Positions 58,483-64,000 of a stretch of 64,000 nucleotides of DNA are shown here, piece after piece (position 1 is the stretch's first letter; every line of letters starts with the position of its first letter). The translations under genes and the position numbers were made by a program. The DNA is taken from assembly GCA_030834445.1 (NCBI GenBank), contig JAURFC010000001.1, positions 150,544-214,543 on the forward strand. Reading direction: 5' to 3'. The DNA is from Bacillota bacterium. Lineage in GTDB: Bacteria; Bacillota_I; Bacilli_A; RFN20; CAG-826. The notes beneath the pieces are model-generated. The model searched no databases. It was not told where the DNA came from and saw only the letters and a program-made list of their open reading frames with translations.

Positions 58483-58608
58483 TAAATTAGAAAGCAGAGG
58501 CGTCCGCTTCTCACCCGATTCTGTCTCAGTTTGGGTTCATGCTAGAAATTCTTTTCTATCATAAAAGGACGCTCGCGCGCCCTTTTTTTACACAAGGAGG
58601 ATGAGCAT
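58483..58608 (+). ncRNA. Candidate L20-responsive leader of infC-rpmI-rplT
   Basis: About 125-nt UTR with a GC-rich hairpin plus T-run (aaaaGGACGCTCGCGCGCCCttttttt) before the RBS; Bacillus-type operons are attenuated by L20 (established knowledge); fold not verified. Confidence 0.4.
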
Positions 58609-59160
58609 ATAGCCTATTACAATATTCCCGTTAAACCGAATTCCAAAGGTCCTTCCGACCTGATTAACCAACAAATTCGTTTTCCCCAAGTGCTCGTAAT
58701 TGATCGCGAGGGAAAACAATTAGGGGTAATGTCGAGTTTACAAGCCAATCAAATGGCTGAGCAGCAAGGATTAGATTTATTATGTGTTGCCCCGCAAGCC
58801 CGACCACCTGTTTGTAAAATCCTGGATTACGGTAAGTATCGCTTCGAACAACAAAAGAAAGCGAAAGAAGCCAAAAAGAATCAACAAATCATCGACATTA
58901 AAGAAGTGCAACTCAGTCCACAAATTGGGGAACACGACTTAATGGTGAAAGTCAAACGTGCCCGTGAATTCTTCCAAGAAGGTCATAAAGTCAAAGTGGC
59001 GCTACGCTTCCGCGGACGCCAAATGGCGCACCAAGATCTCGGGGTTGAAACGATTCAACGCTTCATTGATCTCGTCCAAGATTTATCCCAAGTCGAAAAG
59101 AAACCGGAACTTGAAGGTAAATTGCTCATTGCCGTGCTTAGTTCAACCGTTAAAAAGTAA
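58609..59160 (+). CDS. infC: Translation initiation factor IF-3 (probable non-AUG start: AUA at 58609 or AUU at 58624)
   Basis: Conserved IF3 N-terminal INQQIRFPQVLVIDREGKQLGV; the in-frame region upstream of the GTG at 58690 is open with no ATG; SD AAGGAGG lies 9 nt before the ATA. Confidence 0.85.
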   Translation: MAYYNIPVKPNSKGPSDLINQQIRFPQVLVIDREGKQLGVMSSLQANQMAEQQGLDLLCVAPQARPPVCKILDYGKYRFEQQKKAKEAKKNQQIIDIKEVQLSPQIGEHDLMVKVKRAREFFQEGHKVKVALRFRGRQMAHQDLGVETIQRFIDLVQDLSQVEKKPELEGKLLIAVLSSTVKK

Positions 59161-59174
59161 AGGAGTCCATCACA

Positions 59175-59378
59175 ATGGCTAAAGGATACAAATTAAAATC
59201 CAAACGCGCGTTAATGAAACGCGTCAAAGTTAAAAAGAACGGTCAACTCGTTCGCAAATCTGCCTACACGGGTCACCTTGCCCCCCGTAAGACAACTAAA
59301 CAAAAACGTCACTTACGTAAAACTCGGGTTATTTCTGAATCCGATTACAAACGTATTAAGTCTTTATTAAGTATTTAA
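59175..59378 (+). CDS. rpmI: 50S ribosomal protein L35
   Basis: 67 aa, highly basic, between infC and rplT. Confidence 0.9.
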   Translation: MAKGYKLKSKRALMKRVKVKKNGQLVRKSAYTGHLAPRKTTKQKRHLRKTRVISESDYKRIKSLLSI

Positions 59379-59390
59379 GGAGAATCAACC

Positions 59391-59744
59391 ATGAGAGTTA
59401 AAGGTGGTACCGTTACCCGCGCCCGTCGTAAACGTGTCTTAAAAGAAGCCGAAGGTTATTTTGGCGCTCGTTCAACGCTTTTCCGTACAGCCAAGCAAGC
59501 CGTCATGAAAGCGCAACAATATGCGTATCGTGACCGTAAACAAGTCAAATCCGACTTCCGTAAATTATGGATTAAACGGATTAATGCGGCCGTTCGTCCG
59601 TTTGATTTAAGCTACAGCCAATTCATGTTTGGTTTAAAGAAAGCTGGCATTGATGTCAATCGTAAAATGCTTTCTGAATTAGCAATTCAAGATGCCGCGT
59701 CGTTCCAACAACTCGTTGAAACGGCCAAGAAAAATCTTGCCTAG
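59391..59744 (+). CDS. rplT: 50S ribosomal protein L20
   Basis: Conserved L20 N-terminus [14 protein letters not shown]. Confidence 0.95.
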   Translation: MRVKGGTVTRARRKRVLKEAEGYFGARSTLFRTAKQAVMKAQQYAYRDRKQVKSDFRKLWIKRINAAVRPFDLSYSQFMFGLKKAGIDVNRKMLSELAIQDAASFQQLVETAKKNLA

Positions 59745-59773
59745 TTTTGCCTGTTACATCATGCATTGAAAAC

Positions 59774-59798
59774 CCGAGATTAACCTCGGGTTTTTTTA
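59774..59798 (+). terminator. Intrinsic terminator of the infC operon (CCCGAG-ATTAAC-CTCGGG + T7); the stop codon of the convergent gene lies in the loop
   Basis: Perfect 6-bp GC-rich stem plus T-run. Confidence 0.8.
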
Positions 59799-61417
59799 TG
59801 CTTTTGTTGGCTCGGGTCATCCGGCATCTTTTTTAGGAGTTGTTGAATATCTTGGAAGACTTCTTGGAAGCGTCCTTCAAAAAACTTGGCTTCAGCTAAA
59901 CTCATAAACCGTTGATGATCGGACGTTCGGTGGCGATCTTGATTCGCTTTCAATAAGGCTTGTTCTGCTTGTAAAGCATCGCGATAATCTTTTTCAAGTT
60001 GTTGGATAAACGGCTCACCTTCTTCCTGTAAGTAGCGAAGATTTTCATCAACGATATTCATGTTGATTGGGAGCTGTTGTAACGCTTCGGTAATCGTGTT
60101 CAATCGTTCATAAAGTAAGGTAAAGGTGGCCTCAAAGGGACCATACCATTTCGGTAAATAAAACGCTTGCCATTGTTGTTCGAGTGATTTATACCGTTGA
60201 AATAACGCTTGTGCTTTTTGAAAGGCTTCCATCGCTTGTTTCTTCAAACTGAGCATGTACTGGGAAAAGGCTTCAATTTTTTCATCCACATCATCGGCCA
60301 AGGTATTCAGCGTGCGAATTTTTGCCAGTTGCAATGTATAAGGTTGTTTGGTTCCCGATAAAACTAAAGTGTCGAGTCCACGTTTAATCCGATTGAGTTC
60401 ACTAATATCACGTTGAATGACTTCGATGGAGGCAAGACGCGAATCTTCAAGGACATAATGCTTTTTAATCCGCGGCAAATCCGCGTTGAGTTTAGCGAGA
60501 CGTTTTTCTAAATCATTTCCGCGTTGGTAGGTTGTTTCATAATCCGCTTCCACCATTTGTTTGGCGGCTTTTTCTTTTTCAAAGAGCGGATAAAATGCAT
60601 CAAGGCGTTCAATGATGTTTTTAAACGCAGGTTCTAACCCTAAAATTTCAAATTGTTGTAATTTACGATCAAGATTTTCTTTTTCAAACTCGACTTTTTG
60701 CAAGGTGTCATACACGAGTAAATGATGAATGGGGTAACCTTGTTTTCCCATGTCTTCTGCTGCTTTTTTCAAGGCGGCGGCTTTTTCGGGAATGACCGTA
60801 GCCATGTAGGAACATAACGGAGGTAAACTTTCCATCACTTCCATGAGTTTGAGACAAATTTTACGAATTTTGGTGAGTTGGAGGTCGATATCATCATAAT
60901 TGCCTGTATCGAGCCACCCTTCAATTTGTAGCATCTTTTCATCAAATTGTTGAAAGGCAAATGTAAATTTGGCTTCGAGATAAACGAGTTGATGGGCAAA
61001 TTTAAAATACATGACCCTTAACCCACGAATATGGTCTTTGGTTTCCGCAATTTTGGCTTTCATTGCCATTTCCGGTTGCATGATTTTTTTTAATTCTTCC
61101 ACATACTTTTTAATACTCGATGTGCATAAATCCAACGTAATTTTTGTCGGTTCATAATGCGACGTAAACTCTGAACTTGCGCGTTTATCCATGTACATCT
61201 TTAATTGTTTTAATTGGTCTTTGGCCTTCGGGATTAACGATTGATGAATGAGTTCTTGGGACTTACGAATAGCTTCAAAATGCGTGAATAACTCTAAATT
61301 ATGTTTGGAGATAAATCCTAAGCGTTGAAACATCACATCGCCTTCCACATCAAAAAGTTGTTGGGCAGCGAGGAGTTTACGCTCAAGTTCTACATACGGT
61401 TTTTTAATGAATAACAT
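59780..61417 (-). CDS. Long coiled-coil protein, EzrA-like (septation-ring regulator family) but without an N-terminal TM anchor
   Basis: 545 aa, predicted all-helical/coiled-coil; C-terminal segment (…LQQLPINMNIVDENLRYLQEE…FEGRFQEV…) resembles the EzrA C-terminus from memory; sits at the ezrA position upstream of rpsD/tyrS as in B. subtilis. Confidence 0.4.
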   Translation of the reverse strand: MLFIKKPYVELERKLLAAQQLFDVEGDVMFQRLGFISKHNLELFTHFEAIRKSQELIHQSLIPKAKDQLKQLKMYMDKRASSEFTSHYEPTKITLDLCTSSIKKYVEELKKIMQPEMAMKAKIAETKDHIRGLRVMYFKFAHQLVYLEAKFTFAFQQFDEKMLQIEGWLDTGNYDDIDLQLTKIRKICLKLMEVMESLPPLCSYMATVIPEKAAALKKAAEDMGKQGYPIHHLLVYDTLQKVEFEKENLDRKLQQFEILGLEPAFKNIIERLDAFYPLFEKEKAAKQMVEADYETTYQRGNDLEKRLAKLNADLPRIKKHYVLEDSRLASIEVIQRDISELNRIKRGLDTLVLSGTKQPYTLQLAKIRTLNTLADDVDEKIEAFSQYMLSLKKQAMEAFQKAQALFQRYKSLEQQWQAFYLPKWYGPFEATFTLLYERLNTITEALQQLPINMNIVDENLRYLQEEGEPFIQQLEKDYRDALQAEQALLKANQDRHRTSDHQRFMSLAEAKFFEGRFQEVFQDIQQLLKKMPDDPSQQKHKKTRG

Positions 61418-61483
61418 AATGATTAACCTTAATATAGCACATCAAAAAACGAAACGCTGAACGACTCGTTAAAATTAAAAACA

Positions 61484-61670
61484 TTGACGTTTTCTAAGGA
61501 ATTCGTTATATTTATAAAGCATTGAAAGCATGCACCTACGCCTTGTCTGACGCTTAACACCTACTTAAACGCAGTAACCTTAGCTTAAAGGCGAACCGTG
61601 AAGTTAAGCACCCGAAGGTTGGAAGGTACACCTCGCTTTATTGTGCAATCAAGAAAGGAGGAATCCCTAC
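61484..61670 (+). promoter_or_regulatory. rpsD promoter (TTGACG-N17-TATATT) and about 150-nt leader, candidate S4 autoregulatory site
   Basis: Promoter hexamers read directly; long structured leader before the RBS AAGGAGG; S4 translational autoregulation is established in Bacillus. Confidence 0.5.
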
Positions 61671-62276
61671 ATGAGATTTCGTGGATCTGATTGGAAACGT
61701 TCACGTCGTTTAGGTTTTTCTACGTTAGAAACCGGAAAGGAACTTGCCCGCCGTCCTTATGGCCCAGGCCAACATGGAAACAGCCGCAAGAAAAAACCTT
61801 CGGAATACGGTAAACAACTTTTAGAAAAACAAAAACTTCGTTTTACGTATGGCGTCAATGAACGTCAATTCCGTCGTTTATTCTTACTCGCAGTCAAGAG
61901 TAAAGAAGTTACTGGCACCCGCTTTATGCAAATTCTTGAATCACGCTTAGACAATCTTGTCTTCCGTTTAGGTTTTGCTAAAACCCGTAAAGCTGCCCGT
62001 CAACTCGTCAACCATGGTCACATCACGGTCAATGGCAGTAAATTGGATATCCCAAGCTACTTATGCGCGATCAATGATGTTATCGCCGTCAATGAAAAAA
62101 GTAAAGGTTTAGTGGCCATCAAAGCCAGCCTTGAAAACATTGCAGGCACGGTTGCCTATGTGTCTGTGAACAAAGAAAAAATGGAAGGATCATTCGTACG
62201 CTTCCCTGAACGTAACGAATTATCCCAAGACATTAACGAAGCCCAAATCGTTGAATACTACAACCGACTCTTGTAA
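61671..62276 (+). CDS. rpsD: 30S ribosomal protein S4 (start re-called to MRFRGSDWKRSRR)
   Basis: Conserved S4 N-terminus and S4 RNA-binding domain; RBS AGGAGG 8 nt upstream of 61671. Confidence 0.95.
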   Translation: MRFRGSDWKRSRRLGFSTLETGKELARRPYGPGQHGNSRKKKPSEYGKQLLEKQKLRFTYGVNERQFRRLFLLAVKSKEVTGTRFMQILESRLDNLVFRLGFAKTRKAARQLVNHGHITVNGSKLDIPSYLCAINDVIAVNEKSKGLVAIKASLENIAGTVAYVSVNKEKMEGSFVRFPERNELSQDINEAQIVEYYNRLL

Positions 62277-62300
62277 TCGGTTCATTGTCATCGATCAAAG

Positions 62301-62331
62301 AAAAACTTGGAGTTTCCTCCAAGTTTTTTTT
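62301..62331. terminator. Bidirectional terminator between rpsD and tyrS (A5-CTTGGAG-TTTC-CTCCAAG-T8)
   Basis: 7-bp perfect stem flanked by A- and T-runs. Confidence 0.75.
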
Positions 62332-63580
62332 ATTTTACGGTTACACAGTAATATTGTTTCTTACCGCGACGAATAACGTAATATGCTCCATGTAAACTCG
62401 AGAGGTGTTGTAGAGATTGTCCGAGTGTGTTTATCACCTCACCATTAATCTGAATGGAGTTCCCTTGAATAAATTCTCGTGCTTCGCGTTTACTGCTAGC
62501 AGCACCAATACTCACAAGCATATCTTCTAAAGGAAGGGTGTCATCGACTTGAATCATTTTATCCGCAAAGACGGCGGTTAGTTGGGTTTGAGATAAGGTT
62601 TGAAAGGCGCCCGTAAAAAAGACATGGGTTAACGCTTGCGCTTCTTTGAGACCTTCCTCCCCATGAATAAGTGTGACTAATTGTTCTGCGAGTGCTTTTT
62701 GCCCAATGCGTTGTCCTAATTTTTGTTCATGTTCTACTTGTATTGCACGGATAGACGCTTGATCAAGGAACGAAAAGATTTCTAAATAGCGAATCGCATC
62801 GGTGTCACTGACATTATAGAAGTATTGATAAAGCGTATAAGGGCTCGTTAATTGCGTATCTAAAAACAGCGCGCCATCTTCGGATTTACCAAACTTTTTA
62901 CCATCACTTCGCGTAATCAGTGGCGTGGTAAAAACAGCGGCAGGAACGGGTTTATCTGTCGCCTTCCGAATGAGTTCTAACCCACTCGTTAAATTTCCCC
63001 ATTGATCGGAACCGCCAAACTGAATTTGGCACTGTTCTTCTTGGTATAAATGATAAAAATCAATCGATTGAAGCATCATGTAAGAAAATTCGGTGTAAGA
63101 TAATCCATTTTCAAGACGATTGGCGACAACATCTTTGGCTAACATGACATTAATCGGGAAATATTTTCCAAAATCTCTTAAATAATCAATCATCGAAAGC
63201 TTTCCTAACCAATCGTAATTGTTTAAGACCACGCCTTTTTTGGGATCAGAGAAATCTAAAAAACGGGTGAGTTGTTTTTGAATCAAGGACGTATTGGTCG
63301 CCAAGGTCGTTTTATCGAGTAAATTACGTTCTTTATTTTTTCCGGAGGGATCCCCAATCATCCCTGTGGCACCCCCGACAAGGGCAATAATGCGGTGACC
63401 TGCGCGTTGAAGTCGCATTAAAACCGAAATCGGCACGAAATTACCTAAGTGCATCGAGGTTGCCGAAGGATCAAAACCACAATAAATGGTTGTTGGTTTG
63501 GATAAAATCGACGTTAATTCTTCACGATTGGATGTATCCTTAATTAAGCCTCGCCACGTGAGTTCATCAATAATATGCAT
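62330..63580 (-). CDS. tyrS: Tyrosine--tRNA ligase
   Basis: HIGH-type motif (ATSMHLGNFVP) and KFGKS (KMSKS) motif, with C-terminal S4-like domain; 416 aa. Confidence 0.95.
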   Translation of the reverse strand: MHIIDELTWRGLIKDTSNREELTSILSKPTTIYCGFDPSATSMHLGNFVPISVLMRLQRAGHRIIALVGGATGMIGDPSGKNKERNLLDKTTLATNTSLIQKQLTRFLDFSDPKKGVVLNNYDWLGKLSMIDYLRDFGKYFPINVMLAKDVVANRLENGLSYTEFSYMMLQSIDFYHLYQEEQCQIQFGGSDQWGNLTSGLELIRKATDKPVPAAVFTTPLITRSDGKKFGKSEDGALFLDTQLTSPYTLYQYFYNVSDTDAIRYLEIFSFLDQASIRAIQVEHEQKLGQRIGQKALAEQLVTLIHGEEGLKEAQALTHVFFTGAFQTLSQTQLTAVFADKMIQVDDTLPLEDMLVSIGAASSKREAREFIQGNSIQINGEVINTLGQSLQHLSSLHGAYYVIRRGKKQYYCVTVK

Positions 63581-63593
63581 AATCGTTTTCCTT

Positions 63594-64000
63594 TTAAATC
63601 GTTGAATCGCGTTTTACAAATGTTGAATCAAAGGTTTTGTCTTGTTCGACGTCTTCATCATTTAAGAATTTTGAAAGCATTGTGACCGTGGTTGACCCGA
63701 CATCTTTGAGATCAATGTGTAAACTCGTTAATTGTGGCCGAATAATTGAAGCGTATTTGGTGCCGATTAACGAAAGAACCTCAACATCTTCGGGAACCCG
63801 CAAACCAGAATCAAGCGCCGCATTAATCACCGCGGCTGCTAAAGAATCGCGATAGGCTAAAAAATAACCTGATCGAGTGGACTTAAATATTTCTAAGAAA
63901 TCGGCATACGTTTGGCGATAAGAATCTTCGACCGAAAAGACTCCATAATTTTTTCCTGCTTGAATGTGGGATTCAATAAATGCTCGTTCAATGCGTTCAA
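63594..64000 (-). CDS. LacI-family transcriptional regulator, CcpA-like, C-terminal part (5' end beyond window)
   Basis: Frame is open to the window edge; C-terminal periplasmic-binding-fold motifs (…AAVINAALDSGLRVPEDVEVLSLIGTKYASIIRPQLTSLHIDLKDVG…); position next to tyrS/rpsD matches the B. subtilis ccpA neighbourhood. Confidence 0.55.
   Translation of the reverse strand, partial: ERIERAFIESHIQAGKNYGVFSVEDSYRQTYADFLEIFKSTRSGYFLAYRDSLAAAVINAALDSGLRVPEDVEVLSLIGTKYASIIRPQLTSLHIDLKDVGSTTVTMLSKFLNDEDVEQDKTFDSTFVKRDSTI

Noticed and set aside
63581-64000. Search for a T-box or terminator upstream of tyrS
   Set aside because: No GGTGGTACC-like motif or hairpin is present; the region is continuous LacI-family coding sequence ending 13 nt before tyrS.
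1-64000. CRISPR arrays, IS elements, integrases, restriction-modification or toxin-antitoxin genes
   Set aside because: No direct-repeat arrays, transposase or integrase-like ORFs, or paired small toxin/antitoxin ORFs were seen; the gene content is core housekeeping throughout.

Overview
The window is a gene-dense housekeeping region from a low-GC Bacillota-type genome that uses the standard genetic code (TGA is used as a stop and TGG as Trp), with about 60 protein genes and one tRNA. Local gene order follows Bacillus subtilis operon blocks in compacted form: rplU-prp-rpmA/obg, lon-engB, mraZ-rsmH...ftsA-ftsZ, ysgA-like-pheST, nrnA-dnaE, polA-mutM-coaE / dnaB-dnaI, pfkA-pyk, thrS...infC-rpmI-rplT, and rpsD/tyrS/ccpA-like. 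RNA and regulatory elements visible in the sequence are: one tRNA-Arg(TCT); four T-box leaders (valS, ileS, pheS, thrS); candidate ribosomal-protein autoregulatory leaders (L21, infC/L20, rpsD/S4); a CIRCE/HrcA operator in the lon promoter; and several intrinsic terminators. I found no mobile elements, CRISPR arrays, defence systems or toxin-antitoxin pairs, so this is core genome rather than an accessory island. The most unusual observations are: (1) a 279-aa protein made of two tandem S-adenosylmethionine-decarboxylase-like (pyruvoyl-enzyme) domains, of which only the second keeps the ES self-cleavage motif; (2) an in-frame Fpg/MutM-CoaE fusion ORF whose 3' end overlaps convergent dnaI by 62 nt; (3) a stripped-down division cluster (mraZ-rsmH-orf90-orf58-ftsA-ftsZ) with two small bitopic membrane proteins and no pbp, mur, ftsW or ftsQ genes, one of them (58 aa, below the ORF-track cutoff) overlapping the ftsA start codon in a TAATG arrangement; (4) two further small membrane ORFs coupled to ruvA and radC; (5) an EzrA-like coiled-coil protein lacking the N-terminal membrane anchor; and (6) tyrS without a T-box, sitting 13 nt downstream of a CcpA-like regulator gene. 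Several ORF-track start sites (rplU, ftsA, radC, mutS2, thrS, rpsD, infC) appear to be 5' over-extensions into leader regions and were re-called.
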